Positions 27,655 through 39,143 of a stretch of 64,000 nucleotides of DNA are shown piece after piece. Within the stretch, counting starts at the first letter, position 1; each line of letters begins with the position of its first letter. The DNA lies in assembly GCF_030684315.1 (NCBI RefSeq), contig NC_081359.1:88382838-88446837 (forward strand), in the 5' to 3' direction. This DNA is from Stegostoma tigrinum. Taxonomy: Eukaryota. A program made the translations under genes and the position numbers. Under the pieces are notes generated by a model. The model saw nothing but the letters and a program-made list of their open reading frames with translations, was not told the DNA's origin and made no database searches.

Positions 27655-28273
27655 TGTGGAGGTGTCGATGTTGGACTGGGGTGGACAAGGTCAGAAATCA
27701 CACGACACCAGGTTAAAGTTCAATAGGTTTATTTGAAAATACAAGCTTTTGGAGCCTCAGTCCTTCTTCAGGTGTTAGTGAGAGAGCTCGTATCAGACAC
27801 AGAATTTATAAGTAAAAGATCAAAGGTTCACACCATTGATGAGGATGTACTAAACAAACTTAAGACGCTATTAAATCCTTATTCAGTTAGAAGGTTTAAA
27901 TTGATTAACATATTTATGTAAATCCCAGAATTCCTTTCAAGTCACGGTCCTGAGAGAACTAAAGGTTTTATCAGTGTAAAGAAAAGGTAACATTTTAGGT
28001 CAGACAATGCACGTTAGGTGTGAGACTTTGTTTAGAATCTGTTTGTGTTTCAGTTTGGAGTCAGACCGGTTGTATTGTCTAAAGTAGAAATTTATAAAAT
28101 GCCATACTGACCAACTATCTATTAATTGGGGGCTTTTCTGAACAAAATAAAATGTGTCTGCAAATACAAATCCACCCCCTAGATTCATACATATGTGTGT
28201 GAGAGAGTGAAAGAGAGAGTGAGGGGGAGAGAGAGAGAGAATGTGTGTGTGCGCGCGTGTGTGGGTGGGGGGT

Positions 28274-28308
<35 letters not shown>

Positions 28309-28595
28309 AGAGTGTGAGAGAGAGACGGGGGGGACAGAGAGTGTGTGTGAGTGAGAGAGAGAGAGAGATAGGGTGAGAGAGTGAGTGTGTGTGTATGTGT
28401 GTGTATGTCTGTCTGAGTGTATGTATGCATGAGTGAGTGTATAGTGTGGTGGGGTGTAATGCGACATGAACCAAAGGTCCAAGTTGAGGCCATCCTCATG
28501 GGGACTGAACGTGGCTATCAGCCTCTGCTCGGCGACTCTGCATTGTGGTGTATCCCGAAGTCCGACTTGGAAGACATTTACCCAAAGTTCTGAGG
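27655..28595 (-). mobile_element. PLE family C 3' end with microsatellite-rich pLTR
   Basis: Minus strand encodes RVAEQRLIATFSPHEDGLNLDLWFMSHY (GIY-YIG C-terminus), then (CA)n/(CT)n, then a hammerhead-like core at 27743-27771; a partial second pLTR end lies at ~27340-27438. Confidence 0.75.
28193..28440. repeat. Compound (GA)n/(GT)n microsatellite inside the family-C pLTR
   Basis: Directly visible. Confidence 0.95.
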
Positions 28596-28729
28596 ATCAA
28601 CATAGGACAATGTTTAACATAGGCAGAAAGAATTTGTACATGTTCTACTTTTATCATGAGAAAAGTCAAGGAGACAGCCAATGATTGCTGTTTCCCCATG
28701 ACAACACCCTGACTAATCAGAATTGTGAC

Positions 28730-29935
28730 CGAGGTCCTCAAAAGGTCATAACAGATTAACAGTCTGTTCATTCACTTGATCTCCAAGTTTGAATTGCTGC
28801 CATCTAGCGTGCTTTTACAGGATACAGAATTTTAAAACTGTTTTCTCATCTGCAAGTCTATCTTTCTGTAAAGTTGAGCTCACCCAGAATTCAGTTCATT
28901 ATATCCTGCCTAAGTCACTTAGCCGTTATGCTATCTCTGTAACTATATAGAATCCGGATTTACCTGCCTGGTCTGAGAATTAAGATTGCTGGATATTGTG
29001 CTTGCTATATTTCCATGCCAATGATAACCAAATAATCAGCACCCTCGTCTCATGCTGTGTGCAATTGTGTCCTTTTTTTCTCAAGTCTGCTTCTTGCATC
29101 CCTCTGCTGAGTACAAAATGAAAAGGTTTAACTTCTTACTGGCAACATGGAAAATGAGAACAGGACTAGGCCACCTCTTAATCCAACTCAATATACTGTT
29201 ATTGCTTATCCCCCTACCTTTTCATCTCTTTAGGTGTAAGAACTAGATCTAACACCTTCTTGAAAACATTCAATCTTTTGACCTCAACTGCTTCCTGTGG
29301 CAGTGAATTCCAAAGGATCGCTACTGTCTGGGTGGAGAAATTTTTCATCTTAAATGAAAACCTACCTCATCTCCTTGCACTGTGACTCCTGGTTCTGGAT
29401 TCCTCAGTCATCAGGAGCATCATTCCTGCATTTGCATTGTCTGGTCCTGTTAAAATATTTATAGGTTTCTATAAGCTACCCCTTGATTATCTAAACTTGC
29501 CCCCTTTAGCAATGTTTTAAGTACAATAATATTAAAACATATTAAGCCCTGAAGCCTCATCTTCTACATGAATGTTTACACATCAAATAGTAACTAATTT
29601 GATATCATTAATATTGTCTTCAAATCCGTTCTACACAGCTTTGTATACCACTCACTATTTTAGTTATTTAGTTAGATTCTACACAAACAGCAGAAAAAGT
29701 ACAGCTGTTAGATAGCTGGGTTTGAATTCAAAACAGCATTGTAACTGAGGGTCTCAAGAGGTCATAACGGATACACGTTAGTGGATTCACTTGATCTAAG
29801 TTTAAATTGCTGCCACCTAGTGTGCTTTCACAGGATACAGAATTTTAGAACATTTTTCTCATTCATGAGCCTATCTTTCTGTAAAGTTGAGCTCACTCAG
29901 AACTCAGTTCATTATATCCTGTCCAAATCACTTCA
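28730..29935 (+). repeat. Local direct duplication of ~190 bp (28730-28920 and 29747-29933)
   Basis: Shared GGTCATAAC...CAGGATACAGAATTTTA...TATCTTTCTGTAAAGTTGAGCTCAC...CAGTTCATTATATCCTG. Confidence 0.9.
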
Positions 29936-31004
29936 GAGCCAAGATGTTACCTCTGTAATGATACAGAATCAAAGAATTGTTACAGTGCAGATGACAGCTA
30001 TTCAGCTCATATTTGCCTCTGTGCTACAAACAATTACGAATCACTGAGTACCATACTCCTGCCCTTTCCCCATAATCCTGCACAAACTTCCTTTTTTGAT
30101 TACAGTCTAATTCCCTTTTGAATGTTTCAATTGATTTTGCCTCTACCATACAATAAGTGCATTTCAGACCTTATCCATTAGTGCAAAAATATCTTCATGC
30201 CCTACAAACCTCCAAAAAAACTCTTCTGAGCTGCAAGTGTCTTTGAAGTACCTCAAGGACTGAACACCATTATAGGTTATCACCCTCTGATACAGGAGCC
30301 TGTTCTCACATACAAGAACGTTACGATTGCACTACAGATGGTGTAATGCAAATTCATTAGGATGTTGCCTGAGCTGGAGTGATTCAGCTATGAAGGGAGA
30401 CTAAGTAACTGCAGGTAGTTTGCACGGAGAAGATTGAGAGATGGGTATGTGTATGAACCCGATTTGAGGTGTATAAAGTTCTGAGGGCGTTGACAGGACA
30501 GATCGGGAGAAACATTTCTGCTTAGCAGAAGGGTCAATAACTAGGCTTTTAAAGGTAAAGAGCAGGTGGTTTTGAGATTTGAGGATCTTGTGATTTTCCT
30601 AGAAGTTGGTAGGTAGCTGGAACTCTGTCTAAAAGGGGTAGTACAGACTGGAACCAGCAAGATATCGAAGACACACAAGGTTACACTGCAAAGAACTGGA
30701 AAATGGGATTAGAACAGATAGATGACTCATGACAATCACAGAGACAATAGGCAGAAAGGTCTTTTTTTCCATGCTGTAAGAACTATATGACATGACTATG
30801 CCATTTTATACTGTTTATTGCACCAGTCCATTTCATAGCTATATTGAAACTCGAAGCCTAAACACTTTTGATATTGCAACCCAGCTTTACGTGCCATGCT
30901 GAAGATAAACACAGCCTACTGGCAGTGCACCTTCTATGCCACCTCTCAACTTGGTCTGTGCCAGCCAGTTTTGAATGGGTGGATTCCAACAACAGTTGGA
31001 GGGA

Positions 31005-31182
31005 GCAAAAAGAATGGCAATTGCTGGAAAAGCTCAGCAGATCTGGCATCATTTGTGGACTGAAATCAGAATTAATGCTTCTGGTTCAGTGAGCCTTCCT
31101 CAAAACTGCTGGTAGGTAGCAAAATGTCCATTTATGTCCAGTAAGGGACAGGAGGGAGTAAAGGATAAGTGGAGAGAGAGCC

Positions 31183-31227
<45 letters not shown>

Positions 31228-31560
31228 CCTTAGACAGACAAAGGAGTGATAATGGAACAAAAACAAAGTTGCTGGAAAAGATCAGCAGGACTAGCAGTAC
31301 CTCTGAAGGAAAAAACTGAGTTAACGTTTCAGATCCCGTGACCCTTCCTCAGAACTGTTTCTGATTTACAGCATCCACAGTTGTTCTGGTTTTTATTTAA
31401 AGGAGTGATAATGATCTGGCTTCCAGCTATTAATGGGGATTCTTAGTTGCTAACAATGGGTTGTGTAACGTCAGCCTATGCGATGGCAAGGCCTGGTTGT
31501 GGGGGGATTGGCGTAAGTATATGGGAGAGCTCAAGCCCTAAAGTTGTTGAACTCGATAAG
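31005..31560 (-). mobile_element. Nested family-B PLE pLTR pieces with a (GA)n tract
   Basis: Two GCTGGAAAAG.TCAGCAG ends; hammerhead core at 31321-31352; (GA)n at ~31186-31222. Confidence 0.6.
31321..31352 (-). ncRNA. Hammerhead core (family B)
   Basis: Reverse complement AGTT-CTGAGGA-A-GGGTC-ACGG-GATCT-GAAACGTT-AACT; stem I AGUU/AACU, GUU triplet. Confidence 0.6.
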
Positions 31561-32420
31561 AGTCCGGAAGGTAGTAGGAACTGCAGATGCTGGAGAATCT
31601 GAGATAACAAGGTGTAGAGTTGGATGAACACAGCAGGCCAAGCAGCATCAGAGGAGCACGAAGGCTGACATTTTGGGTCTAGACCCTTCTTCAGAAATGG
31701 GGGAGGGGGAAGAGGATTCTGAAATAAATAGAAAGAAAGGGGAGGTGGATAGAAGATGGAATGACAAGAAGATAGGCAGAGAGGAGACAGACAGGTCAAA
31801 TAGGCAGGAATGAAGCCAATAGAGGTGAGTGTAGGTGGGGAGGTAAGGAGGGGATAAATCAGTCCAGGGAGGACGGACAGGTCAAGGGGGCGGGATGACG
31901 TTAGTAGGAAGGAAATGGGAGTGCGGCTTGAGATGGGAGGAGGGGAAAGGTGGGAGGAAGGACAGGTTAGGGAAGCAGGGACAAGCTGGGCTGGTTTTGG
32001 GATGCAGTGGGGGGAGGAGAGATTCTGAAGCTTGTAAAGTCCACATTGATACCATTAGGCTGCAGGGTTCGCAAACAGAATGAGTTGTTGGGTTGCAGGA
32101 ACAGCATTTCATATTCCACTTGGGAACCCTGCAGCCCAATAGTATCAATGTGGACTTCACAAGCATGAAAATCTCCCCTCCTCCCCCCGCATCCCAAATG
32201 CTTGGCCTGCTGTGTTCATCCAGCTCCACACTTTTATGTTGGCTCTTGCAGCATCTGCAGTTCCCATTATCCCAGCTCATCCCCAACTCCTCCTTCCTCC
32301 CACTTCAAGTCCTACCCCCATCTCCTACTTACTGACCTCATCCCACCCCCTTGACCTGTCCATCATCCCCAGACTGATCTATCTCCTCCCTACATCCCCA
32401 AATACACTCAGCTTTATTGT

Positions 32421-32677
32421 CTCAATGATGATGGATACTTGACCAGAAGGGGAAAAAAAGAAAATTCAGAAAGCATGCTTTGTAACAACAGTTCTACAGG
32501 AATATTAAAAGTGTTCACCAAATGGTTACAGCACATGAGACAGCCATTTAGCCCATTGTGCCAGTGCAATAATTCTGCAGAAGTTAAACTACTTGCACTC
32601 TCCTGCCTTTATTCTACAATTTTTCTCTAGATAATAATCCAATTTCTTTTTCTTTCCTTTCAATTTGCCCACACTCC
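32421..32677 (+). repeat. Dispersed duplicate of 6193-6454 (VPS36 intron 3)
   Basis: Near-identical from CTCAATGATGATGGATACTTGACC to CAATTTGCCCACACTCC. Confidence 0.95.
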
Positions 32678-32946
32678 CCCCACTGCATCCTAAAACCAGC
32701 CCAGCTTGTCCCCGCCTCCTTACCTACCCCGTTCTTCCTCTCACCCATCCCTTCCTCCCACCTCAAGCCGCACCTCCATTTCCTACCTACTAACCTCATC
32801 CCGCCTCCTTGACGGGTCCGTCTTCCCTGGACTGGCCTATCCCTCCCCACCTAAATTCTCCTCTCCACCTATCTACTTTTCTCCATCTTCGGTCCGCCTC
32901 CCCCTGTCTCCCTATTTATTCCAGAACCCTGTCCCCATCCCCCTCT

Positions 32947-32974
32947 CTGATGAAGGGTCTAGGCCCGAAACGTC
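32947..32974 (+). ncRNA. Minimal hammerhead ribozyme core (family A), consensus intact
   Basis: CTGATGA-A-GGGT-CTAG-GCCC-GAAAC-GTC; GUC cleavage triplet, palindromic ACGT stem III. Confidence 0.75.
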
Positions 32975-33179
32975 AGCTTTTGTGCTCCTGAGATGCTGCT
33001 TGGCCTGCTGTGTTCATCCAGCTTCACACTTTGTTATCTGCGACTAGAATTGGCAAGTTTGCAATGTACGCGGAGCAGCAAGCCACACGTGGTTAAGCCA
33101 GAGGAAAAGGAATCAGAAAGTAACGCTTTACACATTCCATACTTTATAACATCGCATTCCATTTCAGAACACGCACTCA

Positions 33180-33502
33180 TCCCAGACACCCACGCCTGCG
33201 CAACTACGGTACATGGTCATAGTCTCCTTGTCCTTGTCACGCCTCTTCTCCCCCCGCCCGCAACTACGCATGCTCACAACGCCATTTCAAAGTTACGTGC
33301 CTGACCAGTCTCGGAATGAGCGGATTGGTCAGTTTGTGCGAGGTCATGTGGCTTGTTTTGAGGGGCGAGGGGAAGGCGGTAGCGCAGCCAATCGGTGGCG
33401 CGGGAGCGAAATTCAAACGGGGACAGAGCAGCGCGATTGGCTGGAGCGGGGAGAGTTAACGGCAGCGGAAAGCCGCTCCGATTTTACAAACATAGGTGCA
33501 AC
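33180..33502 (+). promoter_or_regulatory. CKAP2 CpG-rich, cell-cycle-type promoter
   Basis: CCAAT boxes at 33324-33328 (reverse), 33388-33392 and 33436-33440 (reverse); reverse CHR TTCAAA at 33412-33417 next to E2F/CDE-like TGGCGCGGGA; MYB-like TAACGG at 33457-33462. Confidence 0.7.
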
Positions 33503-33560
33503 ATGCTAGCCGCTCACACTGTTACCGGGGCGAAGCCTCGGCAACCCCTGTCATACGCCG
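33503..33560 (+). CDS. CKAP2: CKAP2 coding exon 1
   Basis: ATG at 33503, MLAAHTVTGAKPRQPLSYA+G; GTACTT donor; phase 1 joins exon 2 to give DQRRQKL. Confidence 0.75.
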
Positions 33561-33773
33561 GTACTTTAGTGCTTTTGGGGCGAGTGGTTTCCACCGGGTC
33601 ACTTACAAATGTTGCTCCGGGGTTAGGAAGGAACGGTCGATCGAGGCGGTTGTTTTATTTCTATGTTAACGTTGCTGGTGCTGTTGCCGCTTCAGTTTGC
33701 TGGCCGTTGCTAAAAATGTGGTTGCACTGATGGTGTCATGACTGCTTCTTTTTTGCCTTTACCCCACCCCCAG

Positions 33774-33864
33774 ATCAAAGGCGCCAGAAATTAGAAGAGT
33801 ATCTGCAGAGAAAGAAGTCTGCTAACAACGTGGCGATTCGAGCTAGGAGCCGTTTGGAAAACAG
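33774..33864 (+). CDS. CKAP2: CKAP2 coding exon 2
   Basis: (D)QRRQKLEEYLQRKKSANNVAIRARSRLEN(R) resembles the recalled CKAP2 EQRRQKLKEHLLRRK; pyrimidine tract plus CAG, GTGATG donor; 91 nt. Confidence 0.88.
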
Positions 33865-35507
33865 GTGATGGATGATCTCTGTGTGTATTAAATTGAGTTG
33901 CCAGTGAAATCACACTCCCCTCCTGCCCACACCTTTATCTCGGATTCTCCAGCATCTGCAGTTCCATTATCTCTTGACACTTCTAAATCCTGCTTTCAGA
34001 GGTTCCCCAGTTTGAGCTCCACCACAATATCTAATTCTGTGCATCGAGAGGCATTCCCTAACCTTCTGTGTCAATGCTTCTACCTGTTTTAAAATTTTGG
34101 CAATAACTGCTGGGGTATGGGAGATTTTGAAGCCATCACTTTTTTGCTGCAAGCGCAATAAATAGATTCAAATGCAAAAAGGCTTACTATGTTCCTTGAC
34201 ATTTTAAATCTTGTATTGTTTCCCCGCCCCGGGTGCGACATACCAGCTTTCTATTTTATTTGAGCCGTCATAATGTGCCCTTTATCTTTGCAGATTCTGT
34301 ATTTCCAGCAGAGTTATACCCTAGGTCGAGGCTGGTTTGTTAAGTCGATTATAAGGTTCAAATAGTTCTAATCAGTAAGGGAATCAAGGGTTATGGGGAA
34401 AAGACAGGAAAGAAGAGTTGAGATAACAAGGTGTAGAGCTGGATGAACACAGCAGGCGAAGCAGCAGATGAGCAGGAAAGCTGACGGTTCGTGCCTAGAC
34501 CCTTCAGAAATGAGTTGAAGAATTGAGGTTTATTAGATCAAGTCATGATTTCATTGAATGTTGAAACAGACTTGATGATCTACTTCTGTGTCTCATGATC
34601 ACTGCTGTTGGTTGTTCAGTAAGTTGTGTCTCTGGCTTTCTGCAGTAAGATATGCTTGTTTGGTTTTTTATTGTAGTTCTGTAAATTTATTTATCTTCAA
34701 ATAATTATCCAATTCTCTTTTGAAAATCATGTTTGATCTGCCTTCACTAGGCACTCTAGATTGTATATTTCCAGATGTTGGAATAACCTGTGTGTAAAAA
34801 CAATCAAATCTGTCTTCATTTAGTTCTTTTGCCACTTACCCTTTCTAATCTTAGTTTAGACCATTTTGCTAAAGGGAACAACTACATTTTACTCTGTCCA
34901 TACCTCTTGTGATTTCAAACACCTAGAAACTCCTAAAACACCTAAAGAGAATGGCCCCGGCTTCTGCAATTTGCCTGTGTAGGCAAAGTCCTTATACCTC
35001 CGCAGCAGCTAAAGCCATCTCCGCTTTCCAAATGTACTTTGGATATCTATTCCAATGTCCTTGCAATCAAGACCGCTTGCCTTCCTAATTGCTTGTTGTA
35101 CTTGTGCCTTACTTTAGTGCTCCTCGGACAAGAAATTTATTTACATCTATGCTGGTAGCATTCTGAGTAACATTTGTTTATTTTCTGATTTAGTTCTATT
35201 CCAGTAACTTCGTATATAACCTGATGAGGTTATCTGGTTCACCACGATTTAATGAGCATCAGTTTATAATTTGCAATCTTATCTTTTCACTCCCTTCATT
35301 TGAAATTGTACAATGCTGTCTTGTCATTGTGATGTCATGACAGTGAAAATGTCTTTTCAAAAATGTTTCCCCTTATAGATGTTGAACTATTTTTAATGCT
35401 AATGGTAAGTGTATTTGTTTTCTTTAAGTTATTTGATTTGAAGGAGGCAAGCAATTTCTGACTACAATATTTTCCTGATTTATACTGATCATCATTTTCT
35501 TTTGAAG

Positions 35508-35574
35508 GGTGTATTTGAGAGACAAGACAAACATCGAGAAACTTCAGGCTTCTACAAGGCAGAAAGAGGCAATG
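35508..35574 (+). CDS. CKAP2: CKAP2 coding exon 3
   Basis: (R)VYLRDKTNIEKLQASTRQKEAM; AAG acceptor, GTAGGT donor; 67 nt, converting phase 2 to 0 as required between exons 2 and 4. Confidence 0.75.
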
Positions 35575-36189
35575 GTAGGTACTGGAAGAAAAATATAGAT
35601 TTCCTCCTTTTTCATGTGTTCTATCTTTGGATAGAAATTGCTCTGTTGGCTTTACATTTGAAAGCTTTACAGTTGTAGTTTTACAGGACAGTCTGTCCCA
35701 GGTTGTAAACAGGTTCCGTAGTTGAGTCCGTTCACAAGTTAATTTGTACGCAAGTTGGGACACAATGCAGAACAATATAGAAAGTACAGAAAGTGTTTAC
35801 GTATTGGATTTTCAAAATTATTACATTGTCTGGGATCATGCTCATAAGTACGAGTGTTCATTAATTGGACATTTGAATTCAGGCCCCTATGTACTTTCCG
35901 TTGATAAATGTAAAGAAGTAAACACTTTTTTTTTCATTTGAATTACTCAGTAGAATCTTCACAAGTATTGAAGTGTCAGCCTCCAGTTATTTGCTTGGGT
36001 AAATGCGAACGATTGTTTGTAGTATTATCAGATTCCACAGATCTTCATCCACTGCTCGATTGGTTAAGTCTAACTATGGACTTGAGTGTAAACACTGCAA
36101 AAAGAGCTAGAATCGTGGAATAGACATTTTTTATTGCACTCAATAAAACTGGCTACACACAAATGTTGTTTGCTGTTATCTTTGCAAAG

Positions 36190-36390
36190 CGAGCAGCATC
36201 TATCCAACGGCACCATGGACCTGGGTTCATTTCCACCCTGGGGCAACTATCTGGCCATGTTTTCCCTATGTCTGTGTGGGTTTCACCAGGATGTTATCGT
36301 TTCCTAACTGTAAAAATGATGTGCAAGTTAGGTGGATTGACCATTCTAAATTATCCATAGTGTTCAGGAATGTGTAAGTTAGGTGTGTTG
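36190..36390 (+). mobile_element. Decayed HE1-like SINE fragment
   Basis: GTCTGTGTGGGTTTC...GATGTGCAAGTTAGGTGGATTGACCAT body. Confidence 0.6.
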
Positions 36391-36513
36391 GTTGTGAAAG
36401 GGTTGACCAAAAAAAACTGCACAGTGTTGTTATTGTAAGTGGGTATGAACGCACCCACTTGTCCACTCATTTTTCCATTGTATACCAATAGTTTCTAGCT
36501 TTAAACCTTTCAG

Positions 36514-37028
36514 TACAGTCGGTTATAGAAAATCACACTATAGAAATAATGGGCCCCAATGGGAAAAATGGGGTTGGGGCAGACCACCAAAAAAACCCAT
36601 CAAAATTGCTCAAAAATCATTGATAAGCCTAACACAAAGGATATCAAAATTGGAATAAATGTTTAATGCATATCCAATAATGAAATAAAAGTAAATTTTA
36701 AACACTTTACCTTGGGGGGGCAAAAAAAAGGTCACGATGACTCAATGGGGGAGGAGATTGTATTGTACTTATCTCAGAAAGCACCTCACCACACAGCCCA
36801 CAAAATGATCACGGGATGCCAGCGCAGAGACCCTTTTGGCGCTAACATATACATTCGTGACAAAGCCCATGAAACAATCATGTGATGTTAATGTGTACTT
36901 AGCTCACCAATGGAATCAAGTTATAGCCAACACAAGTTCGCATTTTAGAAATGGCGTTCCTCTGTTTGTCAATCGTGTTTCGCCAATGTGAATGGGCTGT
37001 AACACGTGTTATAACAGAACTGACTAAT
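36514..37028. mobile_element. Probable Tc1/mariner (Tigger-like) non-autonomous DNA transposon
   Basis: Starts TACAGTCGGTT and ends TTATAACAGAACTGACT (imperfect TIRs); a similar TA-CAGG...TG-TA element lies at ~35682-35893. Confidence 0.4.
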
Positions 37029-37222
37029 AGCAGTTGACTGTGACATAAACTAGCTCCTGATGCCAAAACCTTTCCTCCAAGAAATCCAGTGAAACAGTGA
37101 GAGGAAAAATCAACAATAAATTTGGCAAAAAGCAGATTCTATCCACAAAAATAGTCTAATGATGGCATTTGAATTCAGTTTTAAAAAATCTATAATAGTC
37201 AAATTTTGATTTATGAATATCA

Positions 37223-37530
37223 GGGCAGCACAGTGGCTCAGTGGTTAGCACTGCAGCCTCACAGTGCCAGGGACCCACGTTCAATTCCAGCCTTGGTTAA
37301 CCGTCTGTGTGGAGTTGGCACATTCTCCTCATCTGTGTGGGTTTCCTCCAGGTGCTCCGGTTTCCTCCCACAGTCCAAAGATGTGCAGGCTAGGTGGATC
37401 GGCCATGCTAAATTGCCCATAGTGTTCAGGGGTGTGTGGGTTATAGGGGGATGGGTCTGGGTGGGATGCTGTAAGGGGCGGTGGGGACTTGTTGGGCCGA
37501 AGGGCCTGTTTCCACACTGTAGGTAATCTA
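37223..37530 (+). mobile_element. HE1-like SINE
   Basis: GGGCAGCACAGTGGCTCAGTGGTTAGC...GTTCAATTCC head, full body and tail. Confidence 0.88.
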
Positions 37531-37681
37531 TCCAGGTGACTCCTGATCCACAGCAATGTGGTTGACTTTTAACTGCCTACTGGACATTTAGGGACGTGCA
37601 ATAAATTCATTAGACAGTGATGTCCTCGTCCCATGAACAGTTTTTTTTTGTGAAGTAACGTTGCCTCATTTTCATTTATAG

Positions 37682-38658
37682 GTGTCTGGAGGGAAGAAGA
37701 TTGAAACAAAACAAAATATTCAAAATAATAAGTCACTGCAAAACAGAACCATATCCCAATTCTCTACTCAATCTGAATCCACATTGTTGAAAATGGAAAG
37801 CCCATTTGTTAATAATTCAGCCAGTAGGGAAACAGCAATGCCTACAAAGCAAATCACTCCACCTGAGAAACAGCTATTAGCTGCTCAAGAGAATACTTTG
37901 AAAGTAGAACAAAAATTGAAAGGAAATGCCAATGTAGCTGTTAACAAAAGCAAATCTGCTCAACAAAGCACAGAATCAAAGATGCTACCTTTTGGCCAAA
38001 AGTACAATTCTGATGTAGATCAAAAATCAAAAAGTCAACCAAAAGTCCAGAAAGCCACACTCAGCCAATCCTTTCTTGCAGTCAAAAATGAGCGGGCCAA
38101 ATTAATGATTGTTGAAAAGAACAATCAATCAAAGCTGACTAATACTACTTTTAGCAAGCCAGTATTAGGCTCATTTCGTGGTAAGATTGTAGAATCTAAA
38201 ATCCAGTCCTTTAGATTAGGTTCTCGGCAAAAGGAGAGGAAACAGGAGAAAACTGATCTTGTAACACATGCCTCTGCAGAAATGCACAATAAAGAATCCA
38301 GAGGCATAATGCACAAGCCTAGACCGAAGGGAGTAGAAAACGTGCATCCTCTTTGGAGGACAATGAATGTCACGTCCCAGAGTAAACAAAAGAGTTTGAC
38401 TGCAGCAACTGGCCTCTGCACTACAAGCAGCCAGAAACCACTTGTAACTGATGTGCTAAATACAAAGATAGATTTTACACAGTCAGGCCATGGCAACACT
38501 GCAATAGTAGCAACACAGACAATCAGTACAAAGAAAACTACTGTGCCATTCCAAAACCCCTCTAACAGTGTATCTGCAAGACACCCATCATGGAATTTTT
38601 CAAAAGCCGTTGGTAACCTAAAACCTCTAAAACAGAAAGTGCCCGTTGAAGTGAAGAG
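37682..38658 (+). CDS. CKAP2: CKAP2 coding exon 4 (large basic, S/T/K-rich exon)
   Basis: 977-nt open exon with TLSQSFL and KPVLGSFRGKIVESKIQSFR, recalled as CKAP2-family motifs; TAG acceptor, GTAACT donor. Confidence 0.93.
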
Positions 38659-39143
38659 GTAACTTTTTAAAAAAAATTCTGATATAGTGGTGTAGCAGCT
38701 GATAATTATATTAATTTTTAATAATTGCTGCTCTGAAATATTGAAACCAGAAGTGGTGTAAATTTTGTTTCTGTTCAGACAGTTCTCAAAAACTGAACTA
38801 AGTCCTGTATTATAATCTCAAATCTATTACACTTTTTATATTGGAAAAAAATGCATTCAGTGTTTAACTTCGATTAGGAACTGCTTTATGTATATGTTCT
38901 TCATTTTTCCCACCTCTTAGGACTTTACTTTAATCAATGGAAACTGTAATGACTGTACACTTGTCACAGGGAGAGTTTATTTTTTGGACTTTAGCATAAA
39001 AATTGAAATATTTTACACAATGCAAACATACTATTTATGCAGAATAGAAGCTTTAACACCAATATCTGGATTAAAATTTGCAGTTCCAAAGATTTCTGAT
39101 GGTTTCAGTTATATAAATTGGTTTAACTACTTTTGTCCTAAAG

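Larger units (their letters stand above)
26270..29130. mobile_element. Old PLE family D (Poseidon-like), inverted arrangement, host of the family-C insertion
   Basis: Plus strand has decayed LHPILKF..ME..FLDVLVEKSTNGFST (RT) and EF..RCSARYLGR (GIY-YIG); tail at ~28950-29130 is mirrored by a minus-strand tail at ~26270-26470. Confidence 0.6.
31575..33040. mobile_element. Composite, rearranged family-A PLE pLTR cluster with a captured host segment
   Basis: Minus-strand pLTR ~31575-32078, plus-strand pieces ~32090-32405 and ~32677-33040; foreign insert at 32421-32677. Confidence 0.85.

Noticed and set aside
28000-28499. Three overlapping minus-strand ORFs rich in H/T/S/L
   Set aside because: They are translations of (CA)n/(CT)n microsatellite; only the first few codons are a PLE endonuclease end.
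20483-33502. Shared bidirectional promoter for VPS36 and CKAP2
   Set aside because: The start codons are 13 kb apart and each gene has its own CpG-rich promoter region.
37223-37290. tRNA gene-like A/B boxes (also at 24213 and 60940-61008)
   Set aside because: They continue into SINE bodies and lack a complete cloverleaf; these are SINE heads.
37682-38662. 326-aa ORF as a stand-alone gene
   Set aside because: It begins at GTG directly after a splice acceptor and has a donor just before its stop; it is CKAP2 exon 4.
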